Assembly: GCA_040954595.2 (NCBI GenBank)
Contig: CM082582.2
Location: 8,124,063 to 8,188,062 of the forward strand
DNA length: 64,000 bases
Source: Balanoglossus misakiensis
Taxonomy: Eukaryota > Animalia > Hemichordata
Direction: 5' to 3'
The notes beneath the pieces are model-generated. The model did not search any database. It saw only the letters and a list, made by a program, of their open reading frames with translations, and was not told where the DNA came from. Positions 25,201 through 37,652 of the stretch are shown here, piece after piece; position 1 is the first letter of the stretch, and each line of letters opens with the position of its first letter. Made by a program: the position numbers and the translations under genes.

Positions 25201-28200
25201 CAACGTACCCCCACACTACATTGTGTTGTGGTCGTTGTAATGTCACGGTTTTAGGCCTGTTTGCAGTGTGGGAGGTTACGGGAAACAATCAATAGGTTGC
25301 TGCTGTCTGCGCCGTCGTATTGATCCCCCCCTGCTGTAATTGGGTTGCCAGGGGATGACGCACGCATTCATGTACTTGAAGCAGTGCAGAGCGCCATTGC
25401 ATCGCAGGGCCCGATAAAACTGATCGACATGCGTGGTCAACAATAGGGCATTGTCTTTGGTTATTGGATATGATCAGCTGTATTTTGAAGTTCACTTTCC
25501 TGTGTCGTGCCTGACAGGTAAACAGTCATCATATATTGCCTTACGTTTGACGACGTGGATTTTTCTAGAGACGTTTTATATTTCAACCTCGTTTCAAAAC
25601 CCACAACGGAAAGAAGAACTTTATAAGGAAGCTGACATGATTGTCAAATGAAAACTTAAGTTTACAGTATCTGCATATTACCTGTAGCATCATGCATGGT
25701 GGGCTAGTTTTATAAAAAAAAGTTTTCAGTGCATAATGGTATCCATGTTCTGAACCAAACTCTGTTAACCATGTACTAAGCATAGTTATCCTTTTTTCAT
25801 TTCAACAGCATTAACTTATGTGAACTCAACTGTGCTTGGACAATAGATTTTGGGGACATATAAATCTGTTGTAAAGAATGCAATAGCATACCTATAGAAG
25901 TGTGACTGTGGTATTTAAATTCTTATCAACTACCAATCTCAGCGGTATTAACCAAACTAAAGTCAGCGTTAGACAGTGACGATTTTTCGATCGATCATGC
26001 TCTAAAATACTTGGTGCATCAGCCTTTTTGTTTGAAATCTCTGCCAGTATACACGGCATTCCGGTGAAATGCCTCCAAGCGTTTTAACGGTTGTGAACTA
26101 GCGGTCACGTTAATGGACGAGAACTAATTTATTTGGAAGCGTCTTGGTTTGAGAATCTGTCCGATTGGAACCATGATGCACCCATGTCAGGCACACCTGC
26201 CAACACTAAGTACAAAGAAGATCTACCGACGAAAAGACTGGACTGGCTCAGCAACAAGCCGTGAGACGAGCGCAACAAGAGCGTCTCTAAGTGCGTCAAC
26301 AAGAGCTAGTTACATGAGACAGCTCGGTGTCATACTCACCGAGGAATTCATTGAAAACAGAAAAAAGGTAGTATAATTCTAGCTCTTAAAAACATGTGCA
26401 AGTGGTTTCTAGGGTTTTGGGTCACCCGCTTTGGAACTTGGGTCGCATTTTTTTTCTTCTCTCAAAAGAATTGATGCAGTTAAATGATTTATGTAATAGC
26501 ACCAGGGTTGTGTCAAGCCAGTTTCTTTCCTTTTGTGAGTGGCATTTAAATTTAAAACCCTGAGACGGCGCTGAAAGAATGCAGAATTCTACTGACAGTC
26601 TATAGAGATCCATGTTACTGGACGCTGGTTTTTGTCTTGGTGACACATGCGACATCCTCTACATGTACCTACATGCATCTTTATTTAGCGTTATAAGAAA
26701 GTAAAAGTGACCCCATTGTTGTTAAAAGTACAAGAAATTGAAAAAAAGAAGGGTGCTTTGACCTTACTGATCTCCAGGAAGAGGACAGATCAAACCTTTA
26801 CTCCAATGCTGAGGTGGTGTGTGTTCAGCTTCCAGTTATTGTTTGCGCCAAGCTGTTTTGACAACCGAGGTAGCAAATGGCTCTGATGGAGTCATGCATT
26901 TGATAACCTGTCTGGTAATACCGTAATCATTGAAACTAAAAACTTTTTGAAATAATATATTTCAACCAGTGAACATCTAAAGTTCTTGTAAAAAAATGTC
27001 TTTGGATATGATGTAATGTAACATGGTTATCATGTACCAGCAGTGAAATGTAGAGTGGTGCTTGAGTCGGTCAAGATCTTTGTTCACAGATCGCTATTAA
27101 TATCCTGGATGCATAGATATTGAATGGCCATAACACAAAACAGCGGCAGCTAGTTCCTGGATACTGCCTTGACTTGAGGAAGCTCATAGTGTTAGCATGA
27201 AGCAACGCACCTAGCTTTCAGTAATCAAATCAGGAATGCCAGATTTGATTAGTCATTTCAGCTTACAAATCAGAAGCCAAACCAATAATTCTACATCTCA
27301 TAACATTGGCTACAGTATAATTTAATAGCATCAGGCTTCTATGAAGGAGGGTGTGTATTAATGAAGCTGAGACTGTGGAAATAGGAATTCCTATCCAATA
27401 CATGGTGGATAAGAAATCTCTAAATTAATGATATGGTTGAGTGAATATCAAAAATCATAATCAAAGTTATTGAATTTATAACGTAATTAACCAGTATTGA
27501 TACAACATCCTTCAGGAGCTCAGTCTTGAGATGAAAATATTTCGTTGTGGTGTTGTTTTTTCATTACAGACTGTTTTTGTTGCTGTTTTTACATGGCAAA
27601 TATTTATTGGAATTACCAATTTAATATAAAACATGTGGTATCATAGCGTGATGTATTGATACATGTGCATTGTAGACTTTCTAATAAATAGTAATAATTA
27701 CCCTGGTGATCATTTGCTAGCCAAGGCATACTAGTATCAAGATCATTTGAGTAACACACTTAGGATATTGCTTTCCATTAACACAGCATTATTCCTGAGA
27801 TATGACTGATATTTAGAGAGCAATCAAATCTTTTTATAGATGTGTACATGTATTGTTGTCGGTATCCCAGTACAAATTTAATGAGATATCAGCCACACTT
27901 ATCGAACTCATAACTGTAAAACTATAATCCAGATTATATCACTGTCCAAATACAACATATATTTTGTGAACACATGTTTAATATGTGTGTATGCATGCAA
28001 ACAGTTTCTTTTTGTCTATACAGTTGCTCCCTCCCCTCTGTATGTTTAAACAGTGCAGTTATATAAATAAACTGGCTCATTAAAACCTGCAGGGCTCTTG
28101 ATACAGTTTGTTTATCCAGCCAACCAGTAATGTTTCCAGTATCTGCCACTGAGATCAGATATGGTTGACAAAATGTTGAAAACAACATTAACAGTGGAGT

Positions 28201-31200
28201 GGGTTTCATTTGAGGTAGTAATTCAGCTATCAGAGTGACAGTGTTTGGCTGTATACACATTAATGATGATTTCTTTCTGATGTACTGGTCTTTTGTAAAT
28301 CTGATTGTGCAAATATTGGTTGTGGTTGATGCATGGCAGGCCTAGCACAGCTGGGGGAAGATACGTACATATTTACTTCTCTTAAAACTAACTACATACA
28401 AAGTTGTGTAATGTTGGGTTAATCGATCCCTTTTCCCAGCTCTCTGCTCTCTGCCTTTATTAGTTGTTTACAGTGGGTTTGCATTCCAGCCTGATGTTCA
28501 GGTGAATGTAGGCGGACAGGTCAAGCTAAATGGGTGTAGATATATAGCAAGCAATAATCATCATGTTGCTAGGAGACAGATAGTGGATAGGTTTCTAGAA
28601 ATAAAATTAATTGAAAGTATTGTTGACAATTGGAGTTAATGTATGGAATCTATGAACTATTAATGTATGTGTACTTTGTAATTTACTGTTCGTGTTTTTT
28701 TCTTTCAGTATAATTCTCATGTGCAAGATGACCTTGGCAACATCCAGAGGTCAGCAACGCCTCAGTCTTTTAAGTAAGTAATTGACCTCCAAACTTGTTT
28801 ATACTTTCTGTACATGTGTAAATCTCACAATCCTGCCAGGTTCCACAAAATGTAGCTAGGATAACATTTCCTCTTTCTTCTTGTTTTCCACAGTTCCACT
28901 ACCAAAGTGAAGCAGCTTCCACTTCCAAGTGTGAGTCCCACAGGTCGAACAGTCAGCATGCGCTCAGTTTCTCCATCCAGAGGACTCAAATCAGTGTCAA
29001 TATGCTCAGACAGATACTTAGGAACCAAACTCAACAGGTGGGTACAATTCTCATTTTTAAGGAGCAACAAAGTGTTTGTATGTGGATGTCCTCAACGTAT
29101 TACAGAACTCTACGAAAACTTAGCAAGGTATACATAGAGACTTTTCCATTGTAAGAGTTGCTCTCCATCTTTATGCCAAATTTCCATACAAGGTAAAACT
29201 CTTTTGAAAAATGATGTTGATCGAGTTAGTTTGAAATTCCTGGAAAGGGTTATAACCCTTTCTTCCCCATATCCCCTGTTAGAGGTCCAACATACAGAAT
29301 ACAATTGTTCAGTTAACGAGACAAAGTTTTACAGCATTTTATTTTCAAAACTCTGTCAACAGGGACGGAAGAAGTGAAGTGGGCAGTACAATGAAACCCA
29401 GGAGTGAACAGCAGAGGAGGTTTAACATTGAAGAAAGATCCAAACTTAAAAGTAGAGCACTTAAAAGAACTTCAGAAGTAAGTCGAAAAAAATCCTGTGT
29501 GTTGACATCCAAAGAGTTTCGTTCTTCACTCTTATGTCATTTTATGTGTTATTCTCCAGATAATTGCTTGTCACCTGGACGAGAGTTCTTTAACTGACAC
29601 ACTTTATGTTATGATTTTTCCCCCCAGATAATTCCACATCGCGTTGACAGAAGTTATTACATGTCTGGGGCTTCGTTACCGTTAAAAAATAAATATCTCG
29701 TAGATAACGATGAGTTAGAACGACTCAAAGAGTTGTCAAGGAGTAGAAGCAGTAGAAGTTTGAGAGCCAGGTAAATGCTATAGCAATGCAACAATTAAAG
29801 GTATACAGTCTAGTCACCTATGCAAATTTAACCACATCTACCATGGAAAGTTGAGATTCAGCCAATCACAGATTTTCGTTGGGTGGCCAGGGTGCCCCTA
29901 TATGGTCATTTGAAGACAAATAGACATGCCCTTTGAATCATATATGGGCATTATATATGCAAATGACGGATGGCCGTATACCTTTAATTGTATTAAAAGT
30001 TTGACACCTGTCAGCAATGGTGAAAGTGCCACAGACAGAGCAGAATCCATTATCAGAGTTTGTTCTGATACAATAATTTTTTAGAGATTTATTGGGGTCA
30101 TTCAATGTCAAATGCTGTGTAAAACTGGTGTTTCCAAGATTGGAAAGATTTTGCTCTAGTTGTTTCACCTCTTGTGAGATCGGATACTCTCACTGCACGG
30201 TGTTGCTATAATGTCGATCCACAGATCAAGTGACGACAGACATAACACAAATAAACAAACGTGGTGTTGTCCACAGGCTACTGTGTAGCGTACTCCAGCA
30301 AAACATGATTTTCGCCAAATGATAATTCAGACAGTCCAAATATTTGACATGTCAAGCATTTCAATGAAAATCCATTTGAAACGCCCAGTTAGAAGCCCTG
30401 TGTCGCAGATTGTGTTTTATTTCATTGAGTTTTTATGCACAGGTAAATCTGAAAGGAAATCAGTCATCTGCGACAGTTGTTTGCATGAGTCCAATTACAG
30501 ACCCATTGAAAGTTGAGAAGGCGATTGACAAAATCCTCTCAGAGCGTGACGTAGTTTAATAAGCGGCTATCCAAATTAAATCCTTGATTAATGTGTGGCT
30601 TAGCGCTTTAAGTCTCTAAGTCACTTTCTAGCCATGCATGCTTGATATCCCAGAGAATTGATTCATCATTTCAGTTGTCGCCCGTCTTTCACAAGTCTAT
30701 TCTGAAAATGCCAAGACCAAAAGACTGGTCATGAAATCTCTGAAACTTTCTCACAACTGGTTGTTCGTATACTATGAACATGTTTGGTTGTCATTAGCTA
30801 CTACAGGTGTTCTTTTAAACTTCCATTTTAGGTGTAGGGCAATGTGCAAGTACACAAACACCAGCAGTAGTAGTCAGACCAAAAAAACCCAGCTAGTCAG
30901 TAGCCAGCCTAAGGTCAAAAATACCAAGCGAAGTAGCCAAGACGTAAAATGTAAGATGAAGACAGGGCCTAATGTAGTCACGTTAGAGTTGAGAACTAAC
31001 AAGAACACTTCAGAGAGAAAGTGTGTAGAGGAGGAGAAGTCGGAGGAAGCTGATCAGCCAGCCGCAGTTAAGGGCCATCTTCTGAAAGGTAGAGCCTTCC
31101 CCGACACCACCAGAGAGGAGAAGCAAAAGATAGCCGTGCGTCTCTCCATCTACATGAACGAGATGGAGTTGCAGGGAATCAGCTGTAAGATTAAGACTAG

Positions 31201-31330
31201 GGAGATTGAGAAGTCGGATGATCCGGACGATCCCGACAAGAGTCAGGTCCTCAATTCGGATGAGAAGGAGAACATTGATCCTAGAGAGGTTGAGAAAACA
31301 GGCGATCAGATAGCAGTTGGTGGAAAATGA
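18519..31330 (+). CDS. Uncharacterised protein, isoform A (about 407 aa; exons 18519-18522, 19801-20054, 28709-28773, 28894-29037, 29363-29477, 29628-29770, 30832-31330)
   Basis: All six introns are GT-AG with polypyrimidine tracts and matching phases (1,0,2,2,0,2). Total 1224 nt with no internal stop. Starts MADLHPTERLFRKVVKPSLG and ends DQIAVGGK*. Confidence 0.7.
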
Positions 31331-34300
31331 AAAGCTAGAAGCGTTATTGCAGGTTCTTAGCAAGAGCTTGAAGATTAGCAGAGATATAGCAGTAGAATTG
31401 CGAGCTGACGTCAAGTTTGAAGAGTTAGCTGTCTATACACTAGCTGTTTCTAATGTTTAGAAAATAATTGTTTGGAACAATTTTTCATAGAATTTATACT
31501 GCAAATATCTATTAGTGCTATGAGAGTAGTGTATTTATTAGTGTTGAGCCGAGAGGTTCAGGTATATATGCTCTATAAAATTATAGAGGTTCAAGTATAT
31601 ATATACTCAATAATAAGATATCTTTATGAACGTTGGTGTTTGTTTCTTGTTTTTATTCTGTCATTAGTGTTGTTAGGGCTTCAGATAACAGTGAACAATT
31701 AACTGGACTTGTGATCCCTGTTAGATTTTCAGAATGAGATAAAAATTCATATGCAATTGTTCTGCAAATTGGCCGTCAAACACAGACACCTTTTGCATTT
31801 CCATAGCCTGGCAACAGTGATAAGTGGAACTTCTGGCCGATGGCCAGAGGTTGGAGGTTAACCCCCGAACACACAGTAACAAAAAAGCTGATCTTGCTTC
31901 GCCAGACATCAACAACAGACCAGAGAATAAAGCAAACAGCAGTTTTAATAAAATTCGCACAATGGCCTGAATGTGATTGACACAGGTCATTACAAGGCTG
32001 AAATGGCTGTGCGGTAAATTAGACACATCAACAAACAGATTTAGACTTAATTATATGATTAGCATAGTTGCATTGTTACGGCTTGTGGAGTGCCAAACCT
32101 GATGACAGATCAGAAACAATGCCCGCTCCGGTGTAGTGTTCCTAAAAATACAAACGCTCGAATTGTGTAACTGTGAAAACAGCCACGGTAAATACTGTGA
32201 CCATGTGAAGTTACCTAACCGAGTTGATCCTTAAATGTAGGCACTTTCACCCCCAAAATTAATCTGATCTCACTGAGCTCAGTAGCTGGTTGAGTCCATA
32301 CTCTGTAAAAATAGGGGTGATAGCGTTGAACGGCAATTGTATCCAGTTACATGTATATAGTAACATTGGCGCTCTCAAATATTCCTTTTGGTGATTCTTT
32401 GATAATTTACACATGCCAGATTGCCAAAACAATTGAAATCTATGACATATAATTATAAACATTTTGTTGAAAATATTCATCGTGTATTCATGTATCTTGT
32501 TATCGTTTGTTATTTGATAGAATTTTGATACACATTGTTCACAGTGAGACTGTATACAGAAGCTGTCTTCTTTGGTATAAAAAACATTTGATTGTTATAA
32601 GAATATGATTATTGTTTTGTTCAACCATTGTTGTATTCAGAACAATTTTACAGTTTTGGGTATATATTTGCTCATTTTTATAGTTGTAAAAACTGAGAAA
32701 TAAATTAATGTGTTCAATGTATTAATCATTTTTTTCTCTTGTTCTTCCCTTTTCTATTGTTTCTTACCCTCTTTTGAATGTTTGATGTTGCTAACTCACT
32801 AATGATGTGCTGTGCCTCCCCATAAAATTGCTTTCTAATCCAAATAATTTGTTTACACACATTTTTTTTTGCTTGGCACTCATAAATAATGTGGTATGTA
32901 TAACAATGCCTTGGTAACATTGGGTGTGTTGTGTCGATGTTGTTTTTTCCTGTCCGTGCCATCTTCCCCCATTAACATTGCTGACACGTAAAAAACGCAA
33001 CCCACCCCCGCCTCTTGATGGTTGTTTTGTTGCTTTGCGTTGCACTCCATTAACCTCCTCACAGAAGTCAAATCAGTCGAGGAGACGACTACGTCCCAGA
33101 CAGACAAGTTCTAGGGGAGGTTAGTACTCAAATCATGTTCTTTACCATGTGGAGATACAAACTTGAAACTGTGGTGGACAAAAATGCTCTGGAATGTCAT
33201 CTGAATTGTGGAAGTATGTAATAGTGATGATGGAAACATTTGCATTTTTACTACTTGAATATTTTATTTTAACCACCTGTTGAATCTTTTGGTCAATCAC
33301 CAAAACAGACAGGCTTTTAGTCTTTTTCTCTTCCTTGTGTAAAAGTACCTATTTAGTAACATGCCATGATGAAACTAAATCTCACTTCTGAATCAGTGAC
33401 TGTATACACCAGTTCAATATAGCCAAAATTGTTCATACTTGTATCTGTCTGATTGCTGTTCTCTCCATTACAGGGTCCCCCTACCATAGTCAACAGCGAA
33501 CTGACAGAAACCGGGGAGACGGCCAGCACGCATGCGGCCAGTACAGCCACAGAAACCAAGCCAGGATTGGAGAACGGGGCTGAAAAGAGAGCTGCCACCG
33601 CAAGTTCGAAGAGCACGGAGGACTCGGACAGTGTTGCCGGTGCCAGGGTGAGGTTCAAAGCGGCTGGATCCAGCAGTGCTAAAGCGTCTATTCCTGGGAA
33701 TTTGGACGATGGCGATGAGGGGAATCAAGGTAATATGTAGGTCCAAGTTGGCCAGTTTTGTGTATGTCAGATTTGCTTTTAACTAAAAAGCTAAGTCTAT
33801 ATTCTGTGGAGAGTGTTAAGTATTGGAATGGGTGCAGATCAGGTGTGAGTAAGTCTTTGAATGATCATGTGGTGGCGCAATTTTTTGTGTGGCCACCCAA
33901 GTGAAAATATGTGATTGGTAGACTCCACTTCCCATGTTAACTGTGGGTAGCTTTGCATAGGTGTCTGCATACCTTTTAAACCACAAGATTTCTTCAGATT
34001 CCAGTGTCTATAGCATTAGTGAGTGGGTTTCCTTTCATTTCAATGAGAGCCCATTCAGAACATGTAACACTATCGACCCACTGCGAGGGTAAATGCTTTC
34101 TGGCTGATGTAATGCCAATGGAAATTGAATCCTCAGTGACCAGGCATGCTTTAATGCTCCATTTGTAGGGGAGTTACCCCAGAAAAATGAGCCCAAGCAT
34201 GCACTTTGTTGCAGGGAAATATACTGGTAGAAGTACACCTCTTGCATATATTTGTCTTCTGCTTATAAAATAAGAATTTCTGATGTCTTTTTTTTTCAGA

Positions 34301-35162
34301 ATCAGCTGAGAATGCAACTGATGAGGGTGGTGCTGAAAATGGAGCAGAAGAGAAAGAGGATGGATATGACAGTGGCGTGGAACATGAAGCAGAGGTACAG
34401 AACAAACTCATAACTATACAGACATCATTGACACATAGCAAGGATTGTGATGGTTATGTTTAATATATATAATGGGTTTGCTGTTATGATAATTGTATGG
34501 ATTGGATCTTACAGGATGGCAATAAAGATGTGCAAGTCAATGAAGAGCAAGCAGGCGCTGCAGATGCAAGGAGCACAGAAGAACCAAGGTAGATTCAGCC
34601 CCGCTCGTTTATATCTGGCAGCAGTGTGATGTCAGATCTGAATCTTTCCTCCTGGCCGACTTCAGTTCTTTTGTGCAGGAATTCAAATCTCTGCCTCACT
34701 TATCCTTCTCAGTAAATTGCTCCTTTGTCCAGAATTGGAGTGGTGAATAAAGACGTTTAAAAAATATCTGTAGGCAGTTTTTTGCACAGAAAGCAGTCAG
34801 TGGGTGGGATGTCGTAATCTGGGATACCAGCAAGCCCAGAGGAGGTAAAATAGTCTGCCTTGTGCTAATTAAAACTATTGTTGTTTTATTTTTGTTTATA
34901 GTGAGACAGTAAATGGAGAAAAAGGAGAAAAGTAAGTATTTTTGGATCTCTGAATATTTCCGTTGCTTGCACCACAGTCACTGTAAAAAAAACCACAAAG
35001 CGACTAATGGGCTAGTCTACATTTTTCCTAATTTTTTTGTCTGTGTTGTTTTCTTGCAGTTTGTTCATGACAGAGTACAAGGATGATAGTCCAGTGAAAG
35101 AAGATGAATCAGGCCTCAATGAAGACAAAGAAGAAAACGACGCGGAGAATACAGAAAGATGA
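18519..35162 (+). CDS. Uncharacterised protein, isoform B (about 445 aa; shared exons to 29770, then 33065-33119, 33474-33729, 34300-34394, 34515-34588, 34902-34931, 35060-35162)
   Basis: Six further exons with canonical GT-AG sites and consistent phases (2,0,1,0,2,2). Total 1338 nt. Acidic tail ending ...EDKEENDAENTER*. Confidence 0.75.
18843..18856. promoter_or_regulatory. RFX X-box-like element in intron 1 of the uncharacterised gene
   Basis: GTTTCCATAGCAAT matches the GTNRCC-AT-RGYAAC-type imperfect palindrome. Confidence 0.4.
19164..19276. repeat. Compound (GATA)n/(GACA)n microsatellite
   Basis: Directly visible tetranucleotide runs. Confidence 0.97.
24074..24167 (+). mobile_element. 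piggyBac-like MITE, complete copy (86 bp between TTAA sites)
   Basis: TTAA-CCCTTTCACC...GGTGAAAGGG-TTAA: perfect 10-bp TIRs and TTAA on both sides. Confidence 0.8.
26173..26367 (+). CDS. Candidate alternative first coding exon of the uncharacterised gene (65 aa)
   Basis: gaaccATG start and an open, basic S/T/R-rich frame ending at AAG|GTAGTA in phase 0, compatible with exon 28709. There is an upstream acceptor at 26047 and a candidate non-coding exon donor at 25517. Confidence 0.4.
29243..29290 (-). mobile_element. Fragment of the same MITE family with abutting termini (20-bp palindrome)
   Basis: GAAAGGGTTATAACCCTTTC is a perfect palindrome and is followed by sequence resembling the reverse complement of the MITE right end (...agaggtccaac). 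Confidence 0.5.
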
Positions 35163-36618
35163 GATAAGCTAGTTGAGTAGCCTGAAATCGACTCGCTTGT
35201 GAAAAGTAACCCGAAGATAGTTATAGTTTGTCATAGAATCATAACAGGGTATTGGAAAGAGGGGGAGAATTAAACCACAGTCAAAGAAATGATGCTCTGA
35301 AGCTGTCCATATTGCTTTGGCAAAATGTGGGAAATACTCAGGAGTGAGCTATTTTAGTTCCGTGTACCCAAAGGTAGATTTCTCAATTTTAATTTAACAG
35401 ATGAGGATCAAGTTAGCAGTGTATGAAATACTTTTGGCAAAGAATGTTGTTGAAAATTGATGTGTTGAAGTATTTTTAAATTTCTACAAGGCACATTTAC
35501 AACTCTCACATTTTTGTGTGATTCATGAACAGTTTGAAACCAAAACATTGAACGTTGGGAATTGTTCACATGATTTCAGTGGCATATTGTCTTTGTGTAT
35601 CAGTGTTGTGTAGCAACAAAGCCAAGTCCTGACACTTGATAAACAAAGTAAAACTATCCATTAGACTCATGAGGGCAGTGTGCATTGCTGTACTTATCCG
35701 AGTGCTGTCCTGACCCCGACTGACCTTGCCATCAACATCACAGGTTGTTATTTAAAAACCTATTGTACATATCAACGGATAATTTTATAATTTTGATATA
35801 CATGTAATAATAATATATATTGCACTTTTATATCAGTGAGTGATATTTTCTGTACTCATTATAAATAGCACTATCAGGTACATTAAGTATGTGTTGTACA
35901 TTTTTACAAATGTGATGTACATTTTGAATTGTACTGTGGTGCTTCTAGGTAGGTTTGCAAATAAGGTGGAAACATTTTTCATCTTGCATAAGAAGCTACT
36001 CGCCTACAGAGATAACAGCTGTGGGCATAATATTTATACTTTCAAAACCACTGCACAGAACTTTGGAACAGTTTGCAGACATGTATAATACTGGTATATT
36101 CTGCAAGTGTAGCAAATTAAAAAGGTTTGATTAATAAGTTTTGTTCTCTTTTTGTAATAACTTTCTCCTGGACTAAATAAGACACGCATATCAGCTTACT
36201 TCATAACTTCATTTTGGTTTGTTTTATATCTTTTAGAATCAAGGACTCGGTAACATTTATCCTTTTACCTTTCCTAGAGTCCTGAACTTGAAATGTATTT
36301 ATTTATGCGAAATAGAACTCAAGAAATATTTGTTCTTCTTTGTGAGGTAAAAGGGACTATGCAATTCACGGTTTGCCCTTTGAGGTAGGACTTCCCTGTA
36401 GAGTTATTTTCAGCGGATCATGGCATGTTTGAAAACGGATATCTTTAATATGATAGTAGATTGGTGTTGGTGTACCAGCAGATTTTTATCTCTTCCTGTA
36501 CTCTGTGCCTTTTTAAAGTATGCAAGCTGTTTTTATGATGAAATGGTAGATTTTACCAATATTTTTCTTCCTTTTGTGCCGACTTTTCGCTGTAACTTAT
36601 ACACCCGAGTGTTACAGA

Positions 36619-36624
36619 AATAAA
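36619..36624 (+). terminator. Probable poly(A) signal of isoform B (candidate for isoform A: AATAAA 32699-32704)
   Basis: AATAAA with downstream GT-rich sequence, upstream of the NHE promoter. Confidence 0.45.
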
Positions 36625-37228
36625 GTGTACATTGGTGAGAACTGTAAACTTGTGTGTATGGTGAGGTTTATTTTAGAGTCACAGTAGACCGGATATATAG
36701 CTCTGTTGTAACCAGAGATTGGCTTGCACTAGTGTGGTTCACATTGGTAAAATCTGAGACGGGCTATAATTCTCACTGGTGGAACGTCAGCTGTGATCAA
36801 GCTCCACTCATACAGTTAGTCATTGTCTGAATCAGGGAAGGCATAATAACAGTTTCTTCTATATGCCAAAAGTTCCAACTGGGACCAGAGCTAGTCCACA
36901 CTACCTTTTTGTTTTTATCCCAATACAATTAGGCCGCATGCCCAGACTAAACTAGTCCAGTTTTGCTCTAACATGGCACGTAAACCTTTCTGTGAAGGAG
37001 ATGACCAACTTTGGTGTGTGAATGATACACATATTCATGACAAACAGTTCTCTTGAGTGAGTTTTATCCCATTCAATCATACACATGTATAATGTAATCA
37101 TGTTGTAGATATGAATAGTTTTCTTTTATTGAATTAAATGACACACAAATTATTTTATACCAAGAATAGGAACAATAACTTTAATGTCAAGCGCTCAAAT
37201 TGACTCTAAAAGTTCATAGGGGTGATAG

Positions 37229-37240
37229 CATCACGTGATG
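37229..37240. promoter_or_regulatory. Palindromic E-box (CATCACGTGATG) upstream of the NHE start
   Basis: 12-bp perfect palindrome containing TCACGTGA (USF/MiT-TFE type), about 130 bp before ATG 37367. Confidence 0.45.
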
Positions 37241-37366
37241 TAGTCAGCTCGAACACTTTCTCGGTAGGCCTGAGGGGTCATTCATTCACGGTTCCTTTCG
37301 TCATGAAAGTGTCGTGGTCTGCGTACCGGCGAAAAACTTCCATAATGTGGCAGAAGAGATAGCATT

Positions 37367-37652
37367 ATGTATAACCGGGGACGCCGTCACCACTTTTCCG
37401 GTGTTCTACTCCTTTCTCTGACTATTTTTGTGTGTCGGACGTTGGCAGGAGGAGAGAATACCACGGGAGTACAGGGAACAGGCGAAGGGCCAACCGACAG
37501 TAATGATGACCACGACGACGATGACGGTCGCATTGGCATCGAACATGGCCACGTTCATGAACGTTATCCCGTCGCTGAAGTGAACTGGCACCACGTAGAG
37601 ACGCCGTATATTATATCACTATGGGTACTTTTCGCAAGCTATGCCAAAATTG
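37367..37652 (+). CDS. SLC9A: NHE exon 1 (signal peptide, extracellular N-terminus, first TM)
   Basis: [22 protein letters not shown]...[23 protein letters not shown]; donor G|GTGAGT. Confidence 0.9.

Noticed and set aside
29540-29627. Duplicated acceptor-like site (ctccag|ATAATT at 29559) before the true acceptor at 29627
   Set aside because: It is 68 nt upstream, shifts the frame and hits a stop; most likely an unused cryptic site.
34368-34385. DSGVEH as a beta-TrCP phosphodegron in the orphan protein
   Set aside because: It lacks the second Ser/Thr of the DSGxxS consensus.
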